Origin: Acidimicrobiales bacterium
GTDB lineage: Bacteria > Actinomycetota > Acidimicrobiia > Acidimicrobiales > Poriferisodalaceae
Assembly: GCA_965213585.1 (NCBI GenBank)
Contig: CBDBZP010000005.1
Coordinates: forward strand, 1,329,376 to 1,393,375
Direction: 5' to 3'
Length of the DNA: 64,000 nt
Below the pieces are notes generated by a model. The model ran no database searches. It saw nothing but the letters and a program-made list of their open reading frames with translations, and was not told the origin of the DNA. How positions within the stretch are numbered: the stretch's first letter is position 1; every line of letters begins with the position of its first letter. Below are positions 1 through 8,644 of this stretch, one piece after another. The position numbers and the translations under genes are program-made.

Positions 1-621
1 CCAGTCGCCGTCGAGCGGGCCGGGTCGCTCCCCCGCCGCAGCGCGCAGAAGTTCGACGGTGTCGGCGTCGAAGCAGGCCTCACCGTCGATCAGCTCGAAG
101 CCGACCTCCTCGGTGGCCAGACGGGTCGGGCACCCGGGCAGGGAACCGAGCTGGAACCGGCCGCCCGTCGCAGCGCCAACCGCGTCGGCCAGCACGGCAG
201 CGTCGAGCCCGGCCGCAGCGGCGGCGTCGGCCACGGCCCACACCTGGGCGCCCTGGTCGTTCCATCGGGTCCACGATCCGACTCGTAACTCTGACCGGCC
301 CGCCGAGCCGCGAGCGGCCACCAACCGCTGCCCGGTGGCCGGATCCCGGCCCGACAGAAGCGCCTCCAACGCCTGCGGGTCCACCGTTCCGGCCAAGCCC
401 AGCCGGGTGGCCCCCTCGCCCAGCCACCGGCCCGGGCCCTCCACCGAGTCGGCGTAGTACACGCCCACCCCTGACCGGCCGTCGCCCGGAGCCCGGGCGT
501 CGGGTCGGGCCGTCGGGTCCGGTCGGGCGCCCTCGTGGAGGTAGCGGACCAGTCCCGCCGCCACCCCCGCCGCGGTTGTCGCACCGGCCGAGGTGCCCAG
601 CGGGGTCACCCGGATCAGCAC
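1..621 (-). CDS. MobF/TrwC-family conjugative relaxase, N-terminal part (gene continues beyond the left edge; start GTG at 621 or 630)
   Basis: Own minus-strand translation; absent from the ORF track because there is no stop in the window. It reads VLIRVTPLGTSAG...GVGVYYADSVEGPGRWLGEGATRLGLAGTVDPQALEALLSGRDPATGQRL. The PGRW-G-GA--LGL pattern is typical of TrwC-type N-termini and recurs in the fragment at 62440-62712. Confidence 0.7.
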   Translation of the reverse strand, partial: MLIRVTPLGTSAGATTAAGVAAGLVRYLHEGARPDPTARPDARAPGDGRSGVGVYYADSVEGPGRWLGEGATRLGLAGTVDPQALEALLSGRDPATGQRLVAARGSAGRSELRVGSWTRWNDQGAQVWAVADAAAAAGLDAAVLADAVGAATGGRFQLGSLPGCPTRLATEEVGFELIDGEACFDADTVELLRAAAGERPGPLDGDW

Positions 622-693
622 GCCGACCACTTCACCGGCCCGAGCCCATGGCTGCGCCGACCGGGCGCAGCCCCCGGAGGGGCCGCAGGCTCC

Positions 694-720
694 TGCAGGT
701 GCCGCTGAGCGGCACCTGCA
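694..720. promoter_or_regulatory. Perfect 12-bp-stem inverted repeat (tgcaggtgccgc-tga-gcggcacctgca) upstream of the relaxase gene; candidate oriT hairpin or operator
   Basis: Read directly from the DNA. It lies 70-100 bp 5' of the relaxase start, in a divergent intergenic region. Confidence 0.35.
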
Positions 721-790
721 AGTGTGTGTGTCATGGATACTTGTCGTAGTTGAGATGCCCTCGTCCCTTCGGCCTTGCTCGCAGCGTGGG

Positions 791-811
791 CCTCAATTGA
801 GGACTTGAGGT
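791..811. promoter_or_regulatory. Perfect palindrome CCTCAATTGAGG followed by a TTGAGGT half-site
   Basis: Same motif family as the cluster at 2061-2751. Sits in the relaxase/990-1826 intergenic region. Confidence 0.45.
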
Positions 812-989
812 CGGCACCGACACTGAGCCGATGCATCCCGGTGGGCCGGCCCTGGGCCGGCCCACCGGTCGACAGGACCGGCGTCTGCCTGGCGGGCCGT
901 CCGGCGCGACGACAGGCTGCGGGCAAGCGCCGCCTCGGTGCGCTCGCCGCTGCGGGCGACGGCGGGCATGTGGGTGTTCGCCAGGGCGG

Positions 990-1826
990 TCACAGCCGGC
1001 GTCCGCATGCGGGCCGGGCCTCCGTCGTCGGGCGGGGCGCCGGTCGGGTGGGGACGGTGAGGCGGGCGTGGGTGACCTGGACCAGTTCCGACAGGGCGAC
1101 CACGGCGCCCGGAGCGGCTGCGGGGACCGTCATCGACACGGCCACCTCGACGCTCCGGCCGTCGGGACGCCGTAGGGCGACCAGGCCGGCTTCGCTCAAC
1201 CGGCCCAGCGACCGGTCCAGCCCGGCCGGGCGACTCCCCGCCGCTGCGGCCACCTCGCCGGCGGCGACGGCGTCGAGGCCGTCGGCGACAGCGCGGGCCA
1301 GGTGCCGGTAGACGGCGACGTCGCGGGGCAGGACCACCCCGGCGCCGATCACGTCGAGCACGTAGGCGTCGGACCAGACGAACCGCAGGGCCCGGTCACG
1401 GCCGACCAGGTGCAGCAACGGGCCCGGGGGCGGGCCGGTGCCCGACAGCGGCCCGCCGGCTCCCAGCCGGCGCACCAGGGCCGGCAGGCCCGCCATCTGG
1501 GCGGGGGTGAGGTCCGGTACCGACATGGCCACCTCGGCCCGCACGGCGGCGTCAGGGCGGCCTGGCGGGCCGATACGGACCAGCCCGGCCTGTTCGGTGC
1601 GGCGGAGCAGGCGGCCCAGCTCGTCCTGGTCGACGCACACCGCCCGGGCCAGCGACCCCACCGTGATGACCCCCAGGTCTTGTTCGGCGGCCCGGGCCAG
1701 CTGCCGGTACAGGCGCACACCGGCCGGGCCCAGCGCCGTGGCCGACATCACGTCGGCGACGTAGGCGTCTGACCATGCGTGACGGCCCCGCCTTCGGTGT
1801 ACAGCTGCGACCTCGATCATTGCCAT
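990..1826 (-). CDS. Hypothetical protein built from two tandem homologous modules (possibly winged-helix-like DNA binding)
   Basis: ORF 990..1955. ATG at 1826 (MAMIEVAAV) is the likely start. Two internal repeats each contain WSDAYV-DV ... VYR-LARA ... LGRL-EAGLV-- ... P. Confidence 0.6.
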   Translation of the reverse strand: MAMIEVAAVHRRRGRHAWSDAYVADVMSATALGPAGVRLYRQLARAAEQDLGVITVGSLARAVCVDQDELGRLLRRTEQAGLVRIGPPGRPDAAVRAEVAMSVPDLTPAQMAGLPALVRRLGAGGPLSGTGPPPGPLLHLVGRDRALRFVWSDAYVLDVIGAGVVLPRDVAVYRHLARAVADGLDAVAAGEVAAAAGSRPAGLDRSLGRLSEAGLVALRRPDGRSVEVAVSMTVPAAAPGAVVALSELVQVTHARLTVPTRPAPRPTTEARPACGRRL

Positions 1827-2060
1827 GACCCCCCGAGAGGCCGGGCCGCCGCCCCCCGTTGCGCCCCTCCAACCGCCGCACCCCCCCCGGCTGCCCCCGG
1901 GTGCGGCGGTGGCCACGATTCCACCCCCGCCCGCCCGGCGCTGCGGCAACGACACCGGGCCCCTGGGGCGGGCTCGCCGTCAGGGCGGCGGCCACCCGGC
2001 CCGAGTTGCCGCCCGGTCCGCCGATCTCGCTGCCGTCCGCTCGGACGGGCTGGTTCTTGA

Positions 2061-2751
2061 CCTCAGTTGAGGTGGCCGGCGGCCTCAGTTGAGGTGACCG
2101 GCGGCGGGTTGAGGTCCCGGCCGTCCTGCCCCGAGGCTGCAGTCGACGCCCGCCGTCCCCTCGAGGTCGGCGGGCACCTCAATTGAGGCGCTGAGGACGG
2201 TCGAGGCGCTGGTCAGCGGCCTCGCCGGGTCGTGACCGGTCCGGACTGGGGGTGCCGGTTGAGGTGCGACTTGAGGTCTCAGTTGAGGTCCCCGTCGGCA
2301 GGTTGAGGTCCCCTCCTGCGGGACCCGCCGGGCGTCGATCAGCGGCCTGGCCGGAGGGTCCAACCCAGGCCGGTGCCCGCCCACGGCGACCGCGCGGCGG
2401 TGCCGGCGGGGTCCTGGCCGGCGACCTCAATCGGGGAAATCTTCCCGGTTGAGGTGTCGGCGTAGCTGCCGCTGAGGTCCGGTGACAGGTGGGTGTGGTT
2501 CTGGTGCTCTCCCCAACCCAGGAGGAGATCACCGTGGCCCACACCTACCAATCAGCGACCGGGGTCCCATGGGCGCGCTACCAGCCCCTGGCCGACGTGA
2601 GGACGGTCGAGGCGCTGGTCAGCGGCCTCGCCTCGTGACCGGCCTGGGGGTGCCGGAGGGACCAGGTTGAGGTCCCCTCCCGCCCCCGTCGGCGGTGCCG
2701 GCCGGGGTCCTGGCCGGCGACCTCAATCGGGGAAATCTTCCCGGTTGAGGT
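2061..2751. repeat. Iteron field: at least 12 TTGAGGT half-sites, several forming CCTCA(A/G)TTGAGG palindromes
   Basis: TTGAGGT at 2067, 2089, 2109, 2259, 2271, 2283, 2303, 2449, 2667 and 2745. Variants at 2183 (TTGAGGC) and 2472 (CTGAGGT). Palindromes at 2061-2072, 2083-2094 and 2177-2188. Confidence 0.85.
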
Positions 2752-2895
2752 GTCGGCGTAGCTGCCGCTGAGGTCCGGTGACAGGTGGGTGTGGTTCTGG
2801 TGCTCTCCCCAACCCAGGAGGAGATCACCGTGGCCCACACCTACCAATCAGCGACCGGGGTCCCATGGGCGCGCTACCAGCCCCTGGCCGACGTG
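2193..2895. repeat. Tandem duplication: unit 2193-2599 (about 407 bp) repeated as 2600-2895 (about 296 bp, with an internal deletion)
   Basis: Near-identical blocks 2396-2599 and 2691-2895. gaggacggtcgaggcgctggtcagcggcctcgcc occurs at 2193 and again at 2600. Confidence 0.85.
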
Positions 2896-3630
2896 CTCGA
2901 CGGCCAGTGGGAACACACCATCGCCGGCCGCCGTCGGCGCATCGACCGACGCTGGGCCCAGGCCCACCCCCGACTGGACGTCGCAAGCGCCGTCGACCGC
3001 TCCCACCCCGACGCCGACGAGCTCCTCGACGTGCTGCTCGGTCTGGCCGCCGCCGGCGACCCCGCTGCGGGCCCGGCCATCCTCAAGCGGCACTGCCCCG
3101 CCCTCGTGGCCGTGGCCCGGTCCCTGGACCTGCACCGCTCGTCGGGCCCCAACCGGCCCGGACCCGACGAGATCCTCGTGGCCGACGCCGCCGGGATCGC
3201 CTGGATGGCGTTGGCCACCATCGTCCGTCTCCGACCCCGCCGTCCCGGCGTGCGGCTGCTCTACGAGTTCCGTCGCCAGCTCCTGACCGCCATCCTGGGC
3301 CGCCGCTCAGACACCGTCACCCCCGTCGTAATACCTGTGCTCGCCGGTGACGGTGTCGCCCACAGCCTCGACCGGGCCGCCGCCGAGGGCCGCATCGCCC
3401 CGACCGAGGACACCGCCGTCGCCAACGTGCTCTGCGACCAGATCCTGGCCGCGCTGAGCACCCCCGCGGTCGCCGCTGTCATGGCCGCCGCCCAGGGCCA
3501 CCTCTGCACCCGAGACGCGACAGCATCGGCCACAGCGAAGCGGTCCCGCCTCCACCGGGCCCGCCGCCAGGCCCGCGCCGGCCTCGGTGACGCCATCAAC
3601 GTCGCTCGCTCGACCGAGCAGGCGGCGTGA
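2830..3630 (+). CDS. Hypothetical protein (possible regulator); start GTG 2830 behind an AGGAGG site
   Basis: ORF 2785..3630. caggaggagatcaccGTG gives a good RBS. The sequence is helical and Arg-rich at the C-terminus. No motif recognised with confidence. Confidence 0.6.
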   Translation: MAHTYQSATGVPWARYQPLADVLDGQWEHTIAGRRRRIDRRWAQAHPRLDVASAVDRSHPDADELLDVLLGLAAAGDPAAGPAILKRHCPALVAVARSLDLHRSSGPNRPGPDEILVADAAGIAWMALATIVRLRPRRPGVRLLYEFRRQLLTAILGRRSDTVTPVVIPVLAGDGVAHSLDRAAAEGRIAPTEDTAVANVLCDQILAALSTPAVAAVMAAAQGHLCTRDATASATAKRSRLHRARRQARAGLGDAINVARSTEQAA

Positions 3631-3859
3631 GCGGGTCGCCGTTCAGCACTACCTTGACACGGCCGCTGCGCCCGGTCGGCCATACAACCGGCGCCGAGCG
3701 CGGAACCGTCGAGCCCGCTGGTCTGCCCCGGCTCGGAGGCTGGCAGCCGCAGCCGGCACTGCCGGGCCGAGACCCTCGCCTGGGCTCTCGCGGCGGCCGG
3801 CGTGGCATCGTCGCTCCGTGAGCGATGTCAACTCGGGGACGGGTGACAGCTTCGACCCG

Positions 3860-4360
3860 ATGCCGATCCTGCGGGTCCTCGACGATCACGGCGTGGACTA
3901 CATCGTCATCGGTGGCGTCGCGGCCCGGGCCCACGGTGCCCGCCGGATCACCTTCGACCTTGACGTGGTCACCGAACGGAGCCGACAGAACCTGCAGCGC
4001 CTCGCCACCGCCCTCATCGAGCTCGGTGCTCGCCTGCGGGTCGCGAACCTGGCCGAGGACCTCGACCTGCCCCATCTCAACGCCGACCTGCTCGCCGGGT
4101 GGCGCAACGTGACCTGGTCCACCCGCTACGGGCCCTTCGACGTCCTCGGCGACGTCCCCGGCCCCGGCCGCCAGCGCTACGACTACGACCGCCTCTCGAC
4201 CAACGCCGTCCGCACCATCCACACCGACCCCGACGGTCGCCTGGCGGTGTGGGTGGCCGGCCTCGATGACCTCGTTGACTCCAAGAGAACCGTCGGCCGC
4301 CCCAAGGATCTCGAGGCGCTCAGCGAACTCGAACAGCTCAGGCGCCGGCGCCGGCGCTGA
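3860..4360 (+). CDS. Minimal nucleotidyltransferase-fold protein (MNT-like)
   Basis: MPILRVLDDHGVDYIVIGGVAARAHGARRITFDLDVV matches the hG[GS]x9-13DhD minimal NTase pattern. In-frame ATG at 3860 of ORF 3587..4360. Confidence 0.65.
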   Translation: MPILRVLDDHGVDYIVIGGVAARAHGARRITFDLDVVTERSRQNLQRLATALIELGARLRVANLAEDLDLPHLNADLLAGWRNVTWSTRYGPFDVLGDVPGPGRQRYDYDRLSTNAVRTIHTDPDGRLAVWVAGLDDLVDSKRTVGRPKDLEALSELEQLRRRRRR

Positions 4361-4387
4361 CGAGCCGGCCCGACCAGGCCGTTGTGG

Positions 4388-4597
4388 CTAGCGGGCCCGC
4401 CTGGTGGGCGGGGCGGCCGCTTCGTGGCTGAGCCGGGCCTCGGCCCTGGCCACGTGACGGTCGATCGCAGCCTGGGCCTTCTCGACGGTGTCGAGCCGTT
4501 CGCCGCGCTCGTCGATGCTCACATCGTCAGAGGTGGGAGGGCCGGCGCCGTCGAGCAGCGTCGCCCAGTCGACGATGAGATCAGGCTCGTCCGCCAT
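4388..4597 (-). CDS. Small acidic hypothetical protein (69 aa)
   Basis: ORF track only. Convergent with the NTase gene. No recognisable motif. Confidence 0.3.
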   Translation of the reverse strand: MADEPDLIVDWATLLDGAGPPTSDDVSIDERGERLDTVEKAQAAIDRHVARAEARLSHEAAAPPTRRAR

Positions 4598-4746
4598 CGG
4601 CCCATCCTACCGGCCGGGTTCCGAGCTCGACCTAGGTGTGCAGTGCGGGAGGTTGTCCCGGGCGGTCGCAGTGAGGGCGCGACGGGGGTGGACCAGCCGA
4701 GGGCGCCGTGGGCTCGGTGGTGATTGTAGCTATGCGGGTGATTCCG

Positions 4747-5393
4747 TCAACCCCTGTGGGGGAAGACATCGCCGCAGCGCACCGTCAGCACCATGGCGAA
4801 AGCGGATGCGCAGCTGCAGATCTCGTCGGCACGCGCCGGTGAGGCGGTGTCCTTGCTGACGGTGTAGCCGGGCGCACCGTCTGGGAGGAGCACGGCGCTG
4901 TTGTGTGCGCTTCGGCGGTCTCCATGGACCACGCTGTTGAAGTCGTCGAGGAGGTCCTTCAAGCCGGCGGTGACGATCGCGGGGGGGACGTTGTCGCGCC
5001 CGCCGATAGTCCGTAGACGGGTTTGGAGGCTTGGCCGTGACGAGTGAGGCCAGCCGCTCTGCCAGCTGGTGATGGCTTCGTCGTGGTCGATCAGGTAGGT
5101 GAACGTGCTGACGCGTTCGATGAGCGGGCGGAGCAGGATCCGAGCGGCCAACAGGTAAGCCTGCCGAATGAGCTCTCGCACGCTGAAGGCGACCGAGCAT
5201 GCGCCCGGCACGATCTCACTGGCGGCCTGTTGGATGGGTGTGAGGTCGTTGCTTCGAGTCCAGGGGCCGATGCGGTGTTGCTCGGCAGCCAGGGTGCGAA
5301 GGACCTGGTCGAAGAAGAGCAGGCTGGGGCGGCCAGGTAGGGCTCATTGTCCGGAGTGAAGATCGTGGGCGGCCCGGAGGCGTCGGCGGTCAC
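4747..5393 (-). pseudogene. Frameshifted hypothetical gene coupled to the recombinase remnant
   Basis: GTG at 5393 overlaps the upstream stop (GTGA). The frame MTADASGPPTIFTPDNEPY is lost near 5335 and continues in the frame of ORF 4747..5211 (LPGRPSLLFFDQVLRTLAAEQHRIGPW...SVRELIRQAYLLAAR...). Confidence 0.5.
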
Positions 5394-5881
5394 GAGGCCT
5401 CCTGGTCGTCGAGACGGTCCAGGAGTCCATCGAAGATCTTCTGTCGGCCGATCTTGCCCTTGTCGGCGGCGTCGTCGCGTTCGCGCTGGACGGTGGGTCG
5501 GAACTCGACGGTGGTGACGAAGAACGTGCAGGTCTCACAGATCGACTCGAAGTGGCAGTCCATCTCGACTGATCGTGCGCAATAGCCGTTACCCAGCATG
5601 CGGCGATGCATCTCGCCGCGGAGTTTGCGCATCTCGGTGCCCTCGTCGTCGGCGTCGACCTGGCGGGGCTGGTCATAGAGGGCTTCGACCTTCTCGGTCA
5701 CGGCGAAGTACTCCTCGGCGACCTTTAGGTCGAACGCCGTGGCCAGCACCCTGTTCCGCCGTGCCCGGGCAGTCACCAGCTCGACGTAGGCGTCGAGCAG
5801 CGGATGGTCGAGTGTGATCACGTCGCCGGCCTCACCTCCAGCGGGTCGAACGAGGCACGGCATGAACGCCACCTCACCCAC
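5390..5881 (-). pseudogene. Tyrosine recombinase/integrase remnant with a large internal deletion
   Basis: An N-terminal piece (LDAYVELVTARARRNRVLATAFDLKV) is joined directly to the characteristic C-terminal tail (MLGNGYCARSVEMDCHFESICETCTFFVTTVEFRPTVQRERDDAADKGKIGRQKIFDGLL). The catalytic core is absent. GC is visibly lower here. Confidence 0.55.
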
Positions 5882-5998
5882 GGTTCCAACCCGCCCGAAC
5901 CCAGTGGTGGATCACCCCGGTGGGGGCAGCCCGGTAGCATCTTGGGTGTGGGCAGTGCCGACCCGTTCTCGCGCCGTCGTGGCATCCGGAGCGCTGTC

Positions 5999-6184
5999 GT
6001 GGCCGCCGAGGTCGGCTCTGGTCGCCTCGAGAGAGCGGAGCCCGACGACGACGTGGTCGCCCTCGCCGATGCGTTGATGTCGGGCGAGTTGAGCGTGGCG
6101 GAGTTCGAGGCCGCGGTCGACGCCCACCAGGACGCCGTGGTCGCCGAGTCCCGGCTGCGGGAGTTCGTCCCCCGGAGCGGGTGA
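5999..6184 (+). CDS. Putative small antitoxin partner of Fic (start uncertain)
   Basis: The short ORF end overlaps the fic start (GTGA at 6181-6184). The position matches VbhA-type antitoxins, but I could not see a clean inhibitory S/TxxxE(G/N) motif. Confidence 0.4.
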   Translation: MAAEVGSGRLERAEPDDDVVALADALMSGELSVAEFEAAVDAHQDAVVAESRLREFVPRSG

Positions 6185-6831
6185 GCTTCGATCCGTATCT
6201 GCGGCCCTCTGGGGTGCTGCGCAACACTTTGGGGCTCGATGACGCCGTGGCCCTCACCCGGCTCGAGGCCAACGCCGTCCTGCGGGGCTGCGTCGTCATG
6301 TTCCGCCGGCCCGATGTCGTCGCAGCGTCATGGGATCTCGGCCATCTGCAGCGGCTCCACCGGTTGCTGTTCGGGTCGATCTACCCGTGGGCCGGGGAGC
6401 TTCGCACGATCGACATCGCCAAGGGCACGACACGGTTCGCCAACGCCGGGTACCTCCAGACGGCTGCGGCCGACACCTTTGGTCGCCTCCTCGATCCCCG
6501 AGCCCGCTTCCAGGGCCTCGACCGGGACGACACGGTGTTGGCTGCGTCGGCGTTGTTGGCGGAGCTGAACCTCCTGCACCCGTTCCGTGAAGGCAACGGT
6601 CGGGCGCAGCGGGCGTTCCTGCAGCTTCTCGTCCTCGAGACCGGTTCGGTGATCAGGTGGGACCGCGCGACCCCGGAGGAGAACGTGGCCGCGTCGATCC
6701 GGTCGGTGAGCGACGACGACGCGTTCGTCGACATCCTCGACCGCATCCTCGAACCGGCCGACGCCATCTCCCTCCCTCCCGTGAACCCTCGCAAAGGGCG
6801 GGGTGTCGACCCGGCGGGTCCCTCCCGGTAG
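6181..6831 (+). CDS. Fic family protein (AMPylase-type toxin)
   Basis: Canonical Fic motif HPFREGNGRAQR (HxFx[D/E]GNGRxxR) in ORF 6181..6831. Confidence 0.9.
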   Translation: MSFDPYLRPSGVLRNTLGLDDAVALTRLEANAVLRGCVVMFRRPDVVAASWDLGHLQRLHRLLFGSIYPWAGELRTIDIAKGTTRFANAGYLQTAAADTFGRLLDPRARFQGLDRDDTVLAASALLAELNLLHPFREGNGRAQRAFLQLLVLETGSVIRWDRATPEENVAASIRSVSDDDAFVDILDRILEPADAISLPPVNPRKGRGVDPAGPSR

Positions 6832-7135
6832 CCGCGGGCCTCCGCCGCCGTCGGTCGGGGTGGCGTGCTGGATCCCCGCCCCTGACGTGATCGCAGCCTG
6901 GTCTCCGAGACGGCGACCCGTCGTGCGGCCTGCGGGCGTGACCCCGGCGGGGGAGGGAATCTCCGGCGGAGGCTTGACGAGCGTTCGTTGGGGGTGTAGA
7001 GATTTCCGCTCGAGGAGCAAGCCGCCTACCGCCGGTCCTCCTGCCTACGGGCAGAGTGGTGTGCCCCTTACGTGGGTAGCGCGACGGATCACCCCGAACG
7101 GGGATGATCGTCCCTGTGCACGGAAGGAGGCATGC

Positions 7136-7798
7136 GTGCGTCGCTTGATCCAACCTCGTCGACTGACGACCCGCCAGATGGCTCTCGGTCTGGTGGCCGC
7201 TGTGGCGATGGCCGGGTGTTCGGGCAGTAGCGCCGACACCGGCCCGGTCGTCACGACCATCCCGGCCCTGACAACGGTGGAGTCCACCGCTCCGGTCACC
7301 GCCTCGACCGTCACGTCGACCACCACCACGTCGATCACGGCACCCCCCACGACGGAGGTGCCGACGACGACAACCCTCCCGCCGGAGGAGGCCGCCGCTC
7401 GGGAAGCGGCCGAGATGTTCGTGCCGGCGACCGACGCTGCGTGGGGGATCGTTCCTGTCGGAACCCCGAATGCTCAGCACCCGGAGCTCCTGCGCTGGGT
7501 AGCGCCACCCGTTCTCGACAACATCCAGCGGACGTTGGAGACGGCCGCCGAGCTCGGGCGGTACTCGGAGGGCGAGTCCACGTTCGAGATCCTTGGTGAT
7601 CTCCGAGCCCAAGGCGACGGGTCGTTCTGGGCGGCGTTCTGTCTCTTCGAGGACAACGCTGTCTTCGAGGCCGACGGGACGGTGCAGAGCCCTCCGGCGA
7701 CGGAACCGCAGCTCTACCGGTTGGTGCTGGTGGAGACCGAGGCGGGCTGGGCGACGAGTGAGTTCATCCGCATCGACGGTGAGACATGCGAGCTGTAG
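7136..7798 (+). CDS. Putative lipoprotein with a Thr-rich linker
   Basis: GTG 7136 behind ggaaggagg. Lipobox-like LVAAVAMAGC, followed by the stretch TVTSTTTTSITAPPTTEVPTTTTLPP. Confidence 0.65.
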   Translation: MRRLIQPRRLTTRQMALGLVAAVAMAGCSGSSADTGPVVTTIPALTTVESTAPVTASTVTSTTTTSITAPPTTEVPTTTTLPPEEAAAREAAEMFVPATDAAWGIVPVGTPNAQHPELLRWVAPPVLDNIQRTLETAAELGRYSEGESTFEILGDLRAQGDGSFWAAFCLFEDNAVFEADGTVQSPPATEPQLYRLVLVETEAGWATSEFIRIDGETCEL

Positions 7799-8643
7799 CC
7801 GCCTGCTGCATGGTGGTCGCAGTCATCATGGCGACAGCTGGCCCAGCCGCTGCCCCTCGACTCGATCCCGACGTGTCGGGGACGTCGAGTGGGGGGTCGG
7901 TGACGGTCACGTCGTATGAGCAGTCGGGCGGGATGGGCAACGGCGGGTCGCCGTGCGTGTACTCGGTGGTGCCGACGGTGGAGCTGCCGGGCTGGGTGGA
8001 GCCGGTGGGCGGCGGGACCGGCGATGTCGGTGTCGAGGACGACCGGCGGTGGGTGGTGGTGCGTTGTCCGAACGCGCCGGGGTTCAACGGGGTGGCCGAC
8101 ATCTACGAGCTGGGCGACACCCCGCCGGTGTCGCTGCTGGTGGGGATGGCCCGCCGGCTGCTGGTCCTACCCAAGGCCCAGGCGGACATGGACCCGACAC
8201 CGGATTTCGGGGTGGCCCAGGCGGCGGTGGCGCTGTGGGTCGATGACAGCATCTGGGTCGAGCATTCGGTGACGGCGTCGCTGCCGGGGATCTCGGCCAC
8301 GTTGACGGCGACGCCGGTGCAGGTGATCTGGGATATGGGGGAGGGCTCGGATCACAAGGGGGCCGACCGGTACGTGTACTGCGGGGGTCCGGGGGAGCCG
8401 TTCCACGCCGAGCGGCTGTCCCGGGAGGCGTCCACGTCGTGCTCCTACCGGTACACGACCACCTCGGGCCGCCAGCCCGACCTGCGGTTCCAGGTGGTGC
8501 CGTGGGTGGAGTGGACCCTGCGGTGGGTGTGCGAGCCGGGCTGCGGGTCGGGGTCCCTCGACAACCTCGTCATGGGCGGCGACCCCGTGGGTGTGCGGGT
8601 GGGCGAGATCCAGGCGTTGGGCACCAACGGAGGAGTGAGCTGA
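7786..8643 (+). CDS. Secreted hypothetical protein
   Basis: Signal-peptide-like MRAVAACCMVVAVIMATAGPAAA. Overlaps the upstream stop. First gene of the Tad operon block. Confidence 0.65.
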   Translation: MRAVAACCMVVAVIMATAGPAAAPRLDPDVSGTSSGGSVTVTSYEQSGGMGNGGSPCVYSVVPTVELPGWVEPVGGGTGDVGVEDDRRWVVVRCPNAPGFNGVADIYELGDTPPVSLLVGMARRLLVLPKAQADMDPTPDFGVAQAAVALWVDDSIWVEHSVTASLPGISATLTATPVQVIWDMGEGSDHKGADRYVYCGGPGEPFHAERLSREASTSCSYRYTTTSGRQPDLRFQVVPWVEWTLRWVCEPGCGSGSLDNLVMGGDPVGVRVGEIQALGTNGGVS

Positions 8644-8644
8644 C

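Noticed and set aside
2040-2900. Checked whether the repeat field could be a CRISPR array.
   Set aside because: The repeats are 7-12 bp, irregularly spaced and partly palindromic. There is no 25-40 bp repeat/spacer periodicity and no cas genes.
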